Positions 1-18,448 of a stretch of DNA of 64,000 nt are shown here, piece by piece. The position numbers and the translations under genes were made by a program. Under the pieces are notes generated by a model. The model made no database searches, was not told the DNA's origin, and worked only from the letters and a program-made list of their open reading frames with translations. Positions within the stretch are counted from its first letter, which is position 1. Each line of letters begins with the position of its first letter. Origin of the DNA: Oikopleura dioica (Eukaryota > Animalia > Chordata); assembly GCA_907165135.1 (NCBI GenBank), contig OU015569.1:9362001-9426000 (forward strand), read 5' to 3'.

Positions 1-159
1 TTAAAGATATCTCAAATACAGGGAAAACAGAATAAGTCTAAGAACTTGTGCATTCAGAAAGGACACATGCACAAGCTAGTGGGAGAGAAAAATATCAGTT
101 TCAAAGTTTCAAGTTTGACACGGAAACGGAGGGCGTTTGCTGGGTCTAATGATGTTAAC

Positions 160-2288
<2,129 letters not shown>

Positions 2289-3703
2289 CGCAAACACCGT
2301 TCTTGAAACAATAAAAGATTAGTCTACATGCATGATGCATCCAATAATCAAAAAAATTCTGGATAAACGTCAAGAGGGAGTTATTTTTTTTTTTGACAAT
2401 TAGACAAGTGCGAAATATGAATTCGGTAACGGAAAGAATAGGATTTCGATTATTTAGGGATGAAAGAAGCGTAATTGGCTGTTTCTCTTCATGTTTGTGT
2501 GAAATTTCACTCTAGACAAGAGAAAATAACGAAAAGTGGTTTTCCCAGTAGGCACCTACGCGCTTTTGGTGGCTCCCTCGGACCTGCCCCGAGCTCATTT
2601 TAAAAATAAAGAAAAACTTCTGAATGAACTCCTCTTCCTCTTTTCGAGCTTCTCATTGTCCTTTAGATGATCTTCGTTGTTCATGAAAAAATGAGTTTTT
2701 TTGCTTTGAAATGTAAAAAAACGCACGATTTACAGTGAAAGTGGTAGAATAAAAAAGAGATCGTAACAGAAGAACGAAGATTTTTCGAGTCAGAAAAATA
2801 GTAACCGTATTCAAGAGTTAACTAATGTACCTTTATTCTTTCAAAAATATTGTATTTTGAATGGGAGACCTAATTATTTTCTTTCGGCATGTTTACCACT
2901 GATTTTTGCAGAGTGAGTACTTTAAACGTTTCGCCATGTCATTCTCGTTTTACTAGATAAACTGCTTTTTTGCTAGATAAAAGATGATAGATAATTTATA
3001 CGCTTCTCGTTCATCTTACTGGCGCTGATCTTCGTCCGAATTCTTTATTCCGCCGGTTTGGCTTCTCGCAGTTTGTATTCCTTTTTATTCATTTCCTTCA
3101 GGTCTGGGAGCTACTGTTATTTATACAAGTTGCCAAACATAGTCGTAAAACTTTGAATTGAACTTGATCCGTTCATTGTGCCGTGCGATGTCCCATTTTG
3201 TCATAAAGGTGCGATTTTACCGCTGTACCGCTTTTTCTCCTTCGCCACGGGATACCAGTACTCGCGCACGTAGTTCCACGGTGCTAACTTCTGGCCAAAC
3301 TGAATAGAGGAAAGCGGAGTAAAGGAAATAGAACCGGTTAGCGCGGGGAACCGAGCTAGCACGCTGAGTCGATATTTTGTCGATTTATCGATTCTTAGAT
3401 ATTATCTAAGCTCTGATCCTGACCAGCGATTTGGCTGCTGCTCTCTTTATTCTTTTGATTGGGGGTTGCACTCTGCCCCCACTCGCAGGCGCATTCTGAG
3501 AATCAAACTTTTCGATCATATCCGTCTTAATAGTTAAAACAGTCTTACTACTGCTACTACTCATTCAGAGTCGAGTACGAACTCATTTCTAGAACTTTCA
3601 TGTGCTCATTTGTCATCCAAAATTAAGTATAAAGTCGATGCAAATGAGGAATAAGCTATTTAAGGTAAAAGGGTGCTTTCGGTTCGGATTGACCTTGTAG
3701 TAG

Positions 3704-6268
3704 ATGTCATCACACGGACAAACTCTGGGAGATCGACTAGCGGCTGCGAGGCACGTAATCGATGGCTCAACAGTCAACAAGGCTGTAGTTAAGGTAACAC
3801 TAGAAGCGTAAAGAAGTGGACTAAATTCGCGTGGCTAGGCTACGACACATGAAGTCGGCGGGCCAAAGAAAAAGCATCTCGACTACCTTGTCCAATTGAC
3901 CGGAGCGCCAAATGTGAACTTACCCGAGCTAGCTAATCAAATCGTCGAAAGGACACGCAACTCGAGCTGGGTAGTAGTCTTCAAGGTGACCCCTATTCTG
4001 TAGGACTGCCATTTTTGAGGATTTAGGCTTTGGTAACGTGCCAACACTTGATGATCTACGGAAACGAACGCTTTCTTCACAGCTGTGCCTCACGTCTCCA
4101 ACTTTTTTCGCTCCAGGACTTCAACGACAGATCTAATGGCCAGGTTTAGACATCTCTTTGCGACATCCATTCAACAATTATCCAAGGGATATGAAATGAG
4201 CGCGTATGTACGCCGGTACGCAAGATACCTCAATGAAAAGTCCGCTTCCTACAGATCACTTGCATATGACTTCACACGAATGAGAAGGTCAAACGATGGC
4301 CAGTCCTTCAAAACGTGAGTTGCCGCACATCGCGCAGGAAAATTGTTGACTGTTTAGTATGAATACTGAAACGCTGCTGAAGACCGTGCCCGTCTTGGAG
4401 CAGCAACTCTGCGCACTCATCGACTTTGATGCAAACGCCGAAGTTTTAACCAATGCAGTCATAAAAGGAGCTTTCGTTCTTCTCTTCAAAGATCTTGTTC
4501 GATTATTTGCATGCTATCATGACGGTGAGATTTTCGTCGAGTATATGGTCCTTACAGAATTGCAGGAATCATTAATCTTCTCGACAAATATTTTGAAATG
4601 AAGAAGGCGCAGTGTAAAAAAGGCTTGGACATTTACGACCGCTACTTGGAGCGAATGGACAAAGTACAGCAGTTCTTCAAAGTAGCGGAAAAGGTAAACG
4701 ACCGCTTAGACGAGAAGATACTGATTTCCTCTTTAGATTGGTCTTGACCAAGGGGACACGCCTGATTTCAAGTCTGCACCTGCGAGTTTACGAGATGCTC
4801 TCAAGGAATACTATGAATCTCTTGATGGTAAGTTTGAAACTTTTGAAGGCATTATATCTTTATAGAGAGACGACGACGCAAAAGAGAAGGTGAAACAGTT
4901 ATTTTCCTTTATTGAACAATCTCATTTATTGCGATGATAATTCATTTGAAGATTATAAAAATCATTTTAGGCAAAAAGTCGGGAACCGTTTCCCCAACAA
5001 CGCCCGTCAGTCAATCGGAGCGCGACAGAGTGATAGAACAAGAGAAAAAACTATATGAGCAGTTCTCAAAAAATGTAAGTTAGCCATAGATGACCGTTTT
5101 GTCTTTATCATGGTTTTTAGAAGCAAAGTCAGTCACTGAGCTCATCGCATCCAGTTTCTTCAAATAATACTGTGAATCTGATGGGTACGCCGGCCCCTGC
5201 ACCTCAAGGTATAAATAACATACGAAGGAGTTTATTTGGAGCTCGATTTAGCCGCGGCACTTCCAGCAACAGCAGTTCCGGCGCCTGCTCAGACGACAGC
5301 CAAGCCAGCCGAGGCGAAACCAGGTGAATCATGGGTGCAATTTAACGATCAAGACAGTCCTAAAGCAACGCAAAAGTATCAAGACTATTCCAAATATGGT
5401 TAATAAATGCCCATATTTGCGTTTAAACTGAAAACGAGTAAACGGAGAGCACTAGCCCTCAGATTATTTAATAACCAATTCCTGGCAAGTGGTAACGCAT
5501 CATGGTCGATGCACGAATCCGTTCGAGCTTGATTCGGAAGGGAATTTCATCATTCCATGGGACGAAAGACTAGCAAAGAGTTTGTTTCAAATCCATTCAT
5601 TTAACCACACTCATCACTTATGATCCTCATTTACCAACAAAACTTTTTGCGAAATTGCTCATCACTGCTCAAGAACAAAAAGTCTCAATCATCATGACTA
5701 AATGAATTCTAGCATCGTCGGACCTTCTTGACTTGGACATGTCCGGTCAGAACACTCTGAATAATCTTATGGCTGTCCACAGTGCCAAGCAGCAACAGAA
5801 TCAGAACATAATGGCTCAGTTTAACCAGGTACTCTTACATTTTTTTCTTCAGTTTACACTTGTTAGCCCGCTGCCGGAAATATGTGGGGCCAGCCGCAGC
5901 CCAACCCGTTTATGACAAGCCCAACCCAGCAGATCTCTCAACCTAATCCATTCCAATCACCAAATCCCTTCACATCTAGCGTTCCATCAATCCCCATGGG
6001 CGGGAACCCCTTCGGAGCTCCGGCGTCGAATCCATTTGCCAATCCTGCTCAGACCACGCCGATAACCTCCCAATTCAACAATATGAGCATAGGACAACCC
6101 CAACTTCAACAGCAGCAAAACCCATTCGGTGCGACGCAGCAAAACATGTTCACTCAGCAGCCTGTAAGTCCCTTTTTCCAAATTTTCCACTCAATCGAGT
6201 TTTAGCCTCAGTCGAATCCATTCGCCCAAGATCAAAGTCGAAACCAACCGTTCAGTCTACTAGATTAA
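3704..6268 (+). CDS. PICALM: Phosphatidylinositol-binding clathrin assembly protein (PICALM/AP180 family, ANTH domain)
   Basis: The N-terminus MSSHGQTLGDRL..KATTHEVGGPKKKHLDYL..SWVVVFKAL..HLMIYGNERF is the ANTH/ENTH signature. It is followed by YARYLNEK..YRSLAYDF and LFKDLVRLFACY. The tail carries a DLLDLD clathrin-box-like motif, a WVQF motif and many NPF repeats, with stop at 6266-6268. Confidence 0.95.
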
Positions 6269-7512
6269 CATCCGCACAAACAAAGTCCAAGCCTTGGCTC
6301 TGTGCTCTCCTGATGACACTCCGATTTTTCTTAAAGAAATTGTTCTTTACTGAATGTGCAGTACCCAAACCGTCATGCTAATCTGTGCTCTTTTCCCTGA
6401 GATAGATGGTACTTCTTCACTCTTCCGGCGAATCCTTCCTGTTATCCTTTTCTCTTCTAAAAGTTGAGTAGCGTTTCTATCGATTCGGCCACAATGACTT
6501 TAAATTATGACTCTCGTTAAAATTACCTAAACCAGTTTGCGTTATTTTCTTTAGTCTACTTGTCCTTTCAAATCGAATTAGCTCTAGTGTGTTCTGCTAG
6601 AGTAAAAATCTTCAGTTATTTTAATTTCGTCTTTCTTCGGTTTTGCATTAATTCCACATATCAAAGTTTCAAGCATGGGTTCCCTTTTTTATAATCAACG
6701 TTTACCTTAACAAGTTGCACAGTCAGCACAACAAAAGCTTAATCTTTTTTACTATTATTGATTGCCTACGAAGAGTTCGTTGGTAGATTTAACACGAACT
6801 ACTGGATCTTTGGTCTTGCAGTGAGCAGGCTCAGATGCTTTGACTCAAGATTCAGTGTTCCTGGCAGTAAATCCACCGTCGAGCTCCTATCATCGGACTC
6901 CCCTGTAACTTCTTCGTCTAATTATTCATTTCAAATAATTGGCAATTCATATATTTCCCCCGCTTCCTCGCGAAGTCGACATTCTTTTCTATATTCTTAT
7001 TTTCCGTGAGCTCCGTATATTTCGCGTCCTTATATACAAAAAGCAACTGTTCATTATCGCATCAATAGCTTCCCAAGGATGATGCAAACTTTATCTCAAT
7101 CGTCTCTCATATTCATATCCTGCAAATATATATTATATATTTAAAATTACACTTTTATTCATGCAGAGTAAATGTTCCAGCTCTGATTTTGTTTTGCCCA
7201 ACAAATGTCATTAAAGTTTGACGAATTTCATGGTTTTAATTATCATTCTACTTGTTGGTACACAAATGAAATTTGCCGATTGTATAAACGTGGTCGCCCG
7301 AAAGACACTCTAGTGGCTAAAACTTTAATTCTAACATCTTAATGATCTACTAATCTCCATTAATTCTTCTTTGGTCCTTTTCGGAGTGCTTTTGTATTCT
7401 ATTTAATAAATAATATTCGAAAAAATCCATCCTGTCTCGCTGTTTTCTTTATTTCCTGAAAGCAATACGAGGCTAGTCTATTCCTCTAATAAATCTGCAT
7501 TTATTAGCTTAG

Positions 7513-9160
7513 ATGCCGAAATCGCGACTGTCTTACCAAGAAAAAGCATGGGACCCTCGAACTCTATCTCGGGACGGGTTTTGATTCTCAAGTTATATAC
7601 TTGAATTGTTGATTTATTTGAACCCGTAAAGCTTGGATGATGCCGTCACAAGCATTATCGTCGATCCATTATTGGAGGTTGGCTCTTGGAGTTATTTGAG
7701 TTGTAACATCAGAGTTAGTTTAGGACTCACAAAATGGATCTTCAATGGATTAGAAAGAAGACGGTAGAGGAGAATGCTCAGACAATAAGAGGCATTATAC
7801 ATGATTTCCAAATCACCGTTGGCCACGTCGGTTCTTGCGATCCAGACATCTATCGAAGTACCTATGAAAAGATCAAGAATATCAAAGGGATTTTCGATGA
7901 TTTCGGCAATTTTTCAGATGAGGAGGAAAAGTTTGCGAACCAATTTTAAAAGATTTGTTACTACAGTAGTAAATATTTTTTCAAAAACATAATGTAAACT
8001 CTTAAAAGAAAGAAAGACTCCGCTATCACATTTACTTGTTTTTGAAAATGTGGGATCCAAACAGGAACAGGGTGATAATTTGACACATAGAGAGCGATCG
8101 AAAAGTATGCTTACGTGTCTCCGTTTCATCCAAAAGAAGTGGCTACACAATCAGGGAATGCCTCCGATACTCCAGTGATACTTATCGTGGAGGTGCCCTG
8201 TATGCGACTTGCGATTTGTAAGTACGACTTAAATTTTATAAATTATTCATGATTGTAGTAAAAAGGGAGAGTGGATCAGCGAACTCAAGGGTTGCATCGC
8301 CCCATTGCCGCCCGAGATATACGCCGAACTCATCGTTGTAGGAAGAAACGACTACTCTATTCAGGCAAAGGTCCAGCAAAGTAAGCTTGAGGTGTTCGTC
8401 ACTCTAAGATACACTTTTCGCGCCTCAAAATACACAAATAAAGCAACTTTTCAAACGTTGCCAATTAGAGAACAGTTGCCGATCATTTCTCAGCTTTCGT
8501 CAAGGAACGGTCAGCAACTGTGGCTTGGACCAGCAGCCTTTCTCAACCATGGTAAAACAGTAAAGCCTATTCCATTTTAGAACTGGTTATAGACTGCAGG
8601 CCCAACTGCAAGATTGTGCCGACTGGACCACACTCAGCCCAAGTGTTGGTGCTGGAAGATATCAAAGCAAATGAAGAACTTTTAATTTACTACGGTGAGA
8701 GATTCTTCGGCGAAGACAATATCGCCTGTGAGTGCCGAACATGCGAAAGGTCAGCTCAAACCATGAAAGCGAATTTTATTATATCTTTAGTATTGGAGCA
8801 GGAGCATTTTCGAATGGCAATACGGCAGTTCGCAGAAGTCCTGTTAAGTTCAACTCTGGCAACTTTAGCCTTAGAATGACTGGAAATAGGAGAAGGAGAG
8901 CAGATAACAAGGACGGTCGCAAGAGTACAATTGTAAATGAAGAAACCGCCGAAGCAGACGCAAACGAGAATATTCCAAAGAGCGAGCCAATCGACGAGCC
9001 ACCGAAGAGGCGAAAGCGGCGCCGAAGTAGTTTAGCGTTTGATCAGAGCAGTTGCCCGGGAGTAAGTCGAGTCGTCCATCTCCGAAGTCAAGTGATCTCC
9101 AGAATTAGACGTTCTGATCGTTTCCATTGTTCTGACCGATCTTCAGGTGGTGCATCGTGA
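7513..9160 (+). CDS. KMT5B: H4K20 methyltransferase Suv4-20/KMT5B-C family (3' end uncertain, may extend to about 9235-9290)
   Basis: Spliced translation contains [64 protein letters not shown] and [20 protein letters not shown] (SET plus post-SET). Several non-canonical introns are required. Confidence 0.9.
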
Positions 9161-10050
9161 ACCAGAGATCCCTTCGTCCTATGACCTCGAACGGCCGCTA
9201 TCGACCGAGTCATAACCGAGAGCGCCGACACAATCACCTCGCCGAGAAGAAAAGCCTCATAATATTTAGATTTATACAATCCTACTAGACTCTATGCCAC
9301 TACCATTCCTAACGGTCATCTTCAACCAAACCAAAGGACTATTATTTTGCTTCATCCATCTTAGTTGTCCCCGAAGTCAAGACAAACTCCTCGATCTTCC
9401 ATCAAATTACCTGCACCTTCGTAACCATATTCCCTCATCATTCTTTCGTGTCTTTGTAAACTGTGTTACCTTCAATGAGAGCCTCCAAAACGCATTTTTA
9501 AAAATGGAAAATAACCACATTTGCAAAACCCAAGCGTTTTACCTAATAGTCACCAGTAGAAGGAACTATTGAAAAATGCTCGCTTATTATCATGGCGAAC
9601 TACTCATTTTTAATTCGATTTGTTAGACAACTAAAAGTATCATTCCGTGTTTCCAATATTAATTCCTGTCTATTAGGTCGAAATTGTAGACGTTGATCTG
9701 ACAAGGGTCCTCCCTGCACTGCTTCAGTCCGCATTCTCCTAACCACTTTTCCGTGGCGTTTATCGAGATGTATTTCTTTAGTTAGAGAAGCAAGATGGTT
9801 ATATATATATATTTATCAGCTGAAATATTTTTGATCACTGTACTTATCACGCCCGTACTTACTTGCCTACTTCAGCTAGCTCCTCGATATTCCTGTTCTT
9901 CTTGCTTATCATTTTTGTCTTTCGTTCCGTCTTTGAACCTTGTAAATTTTCATTCCTGCTTCGACAGAACTTTCTAATAGCTATGTTCAGAAATTCTATG
10001 TGAGTGACTTTCTGGCAGAATAATTAAGCTCTTCACAAAACAATCTCATC

Positions 10051-14531
<4,481 letters not shown>

Positions 14532-14719
14532 TAATATACCGCGGGAAAGTGTCTTGATAACTTCACGAATTGCCTATTTTGCCTCTTAGTTGCAACTTTT
14601 GCACAGCCAGCGCAAGAGCTGTCGAGAGTCTCCCTTCTTCTCTTCCTTTCCTCAAATACAACAAAGTTCATTCCACCGCCATTCAAAATGAAAAACAATG
14701 AGATGATTAGTTTATTTCA

Positions 14720-15453
14720 TTATAAGTAAATCTTGATGCATCTTTCGATAGCTATTTTCTTTCTACACACTGGGCAATTATGTTCGGGCTGATAACAGAG
14801 AATCTGCAAGCAGTTTCCGCAGCAAGCATGTCCGCAGGTCGTCAGCATCAACTAAAAGAGGAGATAATTCTAGCAGGACAGTTTTACGAAGACATCAATA
14901 TTATTTTGGCGGGACTCATTGAATGAAGTCTTGCAGACAGAGCAGGCAGGTAACTGACTGCTCAAGCGATCATTCTCATCTTCTTTCTTTCGAAAATCAA
15001 GCGTAAGTTGTTGAAATTCATTTGACAATTGTCGAAATCGGTATTCTAAGTGTCCATAGGCTTGATCGTACTGCATCTTACAACGCTCCATCTCAGAAAA
15101 GAGCTCCGAATAATCCTTTAAAATTTTCAAAACTTATATCAATCCTCGAATACCCGTCCGGCTTTAGATTCATTTTTGACACGCTCGTTTTCTTGCTCCC
15201 AGAATCTTTCTCGCTCTTTAAGTTGATTCTCGAGTCTATGAATATTCGATTTTACATGGTCAGTAAGAACACAGCTTTACTGATTGCGTTTATCTTGAAG
15301 CCAGCGATTCTGTCGCTCTAGATGATCAAGTGACTGTCTCTCGTGCTCATATCTATAGAATAAAATAAAGTTTACATTTCAAATGCGGCGTTTGAGATCA
15401 GACAATACGTACTGATTATTTGCATGTTCAAGTTTCCCCACCTCAAGAGCCAT
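14720..15453 (-). CDS. Small coiled-coil protein with C-terminal C3HC4 RING finger (4 exons)
   Basis: MALEVGKLEHANNQYEHERQSL.. is followed by a coiled coil and then CSVC..LMLTTCGHACCGNCLQ..CPVCRKKI..IYL*. GT-AG introns join the exons in frame. Confidence 0.75.
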
Positions 15454-16367
15454 ATTCTAAAAATGACTTATCGAAATATAAAAACTTGTGATTGAGCATG
15501 ATTTGACCTCAAATTTGATTCTATCATCCATACCGTATGGAGCACACGGTAGGTACCATACCCTATTTTCCCTCTCAAAGTGATCACTTTTTCGTTCAAA
15601 TCTCGTTCACGCTGGTAGGATTCATGAAGATCGCGCTGATACCTAAAGATTTAAAATAAATCTTACTTGACCAAAATTTTTGGCGTACTGTATGTTTTCC
15701 TTTTCGAGGTCCCTCACTCGTTTTTTCAGCTAAAATCATTCACGACCATAATAAATTATTATTGAATTACATTTTCAGCCTGTGTTTCACTCTTTAGGCG
15801 GTCATTTTCCTTCTTCAATTCCAATTCACGAGTGTACATTGCTTTCAGTTCACTCGAATGAAGGTCAATTCGATCCTGCTGTTTCTTTCTTTCGTCTTCA
15901 TATTGTGCTAGTATGCGTTTGAGAACGTTCAAGTGATAATATGCCCTAGGATCATATGATGATGTTAAGTATTAGAAATAAATTAAGTTAGGCTTTGTAG
16001 TAGGAAAATCAAGAACTGCTGGTATGCTTGATAGTGCTCGATATTTTTAAATGCAAGTTGCTGGTAACAAATAAAGACAAAGGAGTTTAATTTTGTATTT
16101 TATTGTCAATATTTTATTGTTGCGCTTTCAGGCAATGTGTTGAACAGGCGTGAACAGTAGCTATTCGGCTGTGGAAATAGGTATGAGGGTTTCAGTATTG
16201 TTTTTTCGATACTAATCCCTTCGTGGCTATTTTTGCAATGATACAGGGCAGCTACAGAGGGATTATAAAAACAGAGGGAGAAAAAGCTAACTAGGGGAAT
16301 CTATTGACATGAGAGATTGAGATCGGTTCCTGAGGTCGCGAATTCGTATGACGTGAGAAGAAGTACT

Positions 16368-16987
16368 TTACTTCTTGCCGGTCTTCTTCGCAGTTTTCTT
16401 GGCGGCTGCTTTCTTGATGGTCACCTTCTTCGCAGCGGCCTTCTTGACGGTGACTTTCTTGGCGGTGGTCTTTTTGGCGGTAGTTTTTTTGGCGGTGGTC
16501 TTCTTGACAGCTGGCTTTGCAGCGGCTTTCTTGACGGGCGCCTTCTTGGTAGCCGCTTTCTTCGCAGCTGGCTTTGTCTTGGGAACGGCCTTCTTAGCGG
16601 CAGGAGCAGCCTTGACAGGAGCAGCGAGCTTGAAGGATCCAGAGAGACCGACACCCTTGACCTTGGCGAGTGTACCATCTTCGAGGCCCTTTTTGAGCGC
16701 CAACTTGAGCGAAGTCTCGTGGCGGGGATTGAGGCCCTTCTGATTGGCTTGGATCATCTTGGACAGGGTAAGGAGGGACAAACCTTTTCGACCTAAAATT
16801 AACGGTAATTATTCGTCCCCGGACAAGTTCTCATCCTTTAACAGATATGCGGAGTGCCGCGAGCGACTATCCGGACTTGAAAAATTGAATCTCTGAACGT
16901 ACCTTGACCCTTGAGGGCTTCAGCGATCATCTGCTTGTATGGTGGGTGGGATGGTGCGGCTTTCTTGGTAGCTTCCTTCGCTGGCAT
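16368..16987 (-). CDS. H1: Linker histone H1 (one intron, AATAAA-type 3' end)
   Basis: MPAKEATKKAAPSHPPYKQMIAEAL (globular domain start), a GT-AG intron, then GRKGLSLLTLSK..LKLALKKGLEDGTLAKVKGVGLSGSFKL and a K/A/T/P-rich tail. Confidence 0.95.
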
Positions 16988-18448
16988 GGTCAGAATTCGG
17001 TTTTGTGGGATAAAACTGTAAAAGTGACGTTTTTTGGCTCACAGAATGAAGTGAGTCCGGTGCGGCGCGCGCGCAGTTTTTATTCGTCGCGTCGTGGCGT
17101 GTGGGAGACAACCCCAGCGCGCGTGGATTTTACGCGGGCGGGCCCGCGCGTTGTGTTTCTTCCGCCCTTTCAGAGCGGATTTCTGGACGTTCTGTTTGTG
17201 CAACAGTCACGAAATTCTGCAGTAGGGTAGATTAGGGATGTTTCTTAGGAATCACAATTTCAACGAGCGAAAACGATAAAGGTTAAGGGTGTCAAAAGGG
17301 TGTTAAAGTGGATCTACCCGTGATTTCAACATGCGAAAACGCAATAAAACCGCTAATTTTCCACATTTACTGTTATGATATGAGTACGAAACTTTGGCAG
17401 ATGAAAATTTGAACATTTTTTCACGATATTTCATAAAAAAGTCATCAAAAATAAGCCCGCTTGGCAGCGCTAGAGAGCGCTGAAAAAGCTAAAGAAACAC
17501 AATTTTGAACAGCTCCGAACGAGCAACAGCGGACGTTATGGATGACTGAAACAGTTACGAACTAAGAAGATATTGAAGTTATGGGATAGATACTTGCTAT
17601 AAACAACTGTTTATAACACTTTTTATTACTAGTAAGTTACTAGCATGAATGAAGATTGGAAGCTACATCGATAAAAATATTCAGCCCGCAAATACGAACG
17701 GTTAAAGGTAAAAGAATCAAGACTGCTTATTTTCTAATTTGAGAATGTAGGGCAAATTATTTGATGATAAAAATCGATTTCTAGGTAGGTCAGCTACTAT
17801 CTGATCTAAGAATAGGACCGCTGGGAAGAGGGCTTGGTTCTGCGCGACGTGATGCATTATTTGACTAACAGTCAATCCCGATTTGATCGGTTTACCGGGA
17901 ACTGAAAAAGCCGGTGTGAGATTGGCCTTTCGGTGACGTCCGACTCATCCAAAATCTGTGTCACCTGCGATGTCCTGCTATTTTTGGAAGGGTCAAAATG
18001 GTATCGACCCCTATTTCTCAACATGTCACCTGCTGCGTGCAAGATGAATTTTCTACGACAAAGCCTTCTTATAAAAATGTCAAAGTTTACTTGTTAATTT
18101 CTGCTTCATAGCTCATTCTCTATATTTTCCAGCTGATTGTTGACTTTTCGTTTCTTTCCTTTTTGAAGCAGGATTGCAATGTTGACATAGCACGATATTT
18201 TCTTTTAGGAGAATAAAAATCATCCATGATCGCAAGTAGTCATAAATGATTCGCTGTGAAATTTAATCATTATTATTTTATTTTCAGATGACAGAAATAA
18301 ATAGTTCAATCAGATTCAAGAGGTAGAGGGCCGACTGCATGTCTATATTTAACTGCGTTTTGATGAAGTTAGGTTGGTTGGCATTTGAGTTTCTTTGAAA
18401 TAGACAATTGGCATTTGGCTTGAACTTGCTCGAGCAGAAATTCAAGGG

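Noticed and set aside
2900-3310. Exon-like segment on the minus strand (strong pyrimidine tract plus AG, FGQKLAPWNYVREYWYP..)
   Set aside because: All frames hit stops within about 35 codons and no motif was recognised. It could be CARM1 5' UTR or non-coding sequence.
6740-7130. Coding-like minus-strand frames between PICALM and Suv4-20
   Set aside because: The frames are interrupted by stops, with no consistent exon chain or start.
8100-8145. Apparent frameshift in Suv4-20 (YVSPFHPK versus SGYTI)
   Set aside because: It is better explained by the GA-AG intron 8065-8139, which restores the homologous spacing.
15858-15911. Signal-peptide-like micro-ORF MKVNSILLFLSFVFILC
   Set aside because: Every splice continuation tested ends in an immediate stop.
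17162-17178. Histone stem-loop-like CCGCCCTTTCAGAGCGG
   Set aside because: It lies upstream of and antisense to H1 and has a stem mismatch, so it is probably coincidental.
16317-17230. Long plus-strand ORFs opposite H1, and similar antisense ORFs opposite SPATA5, NLE1 and NUCB
   Set aside because: These are shadow ORFs caused by the codon bias of the real genes on the other strand.
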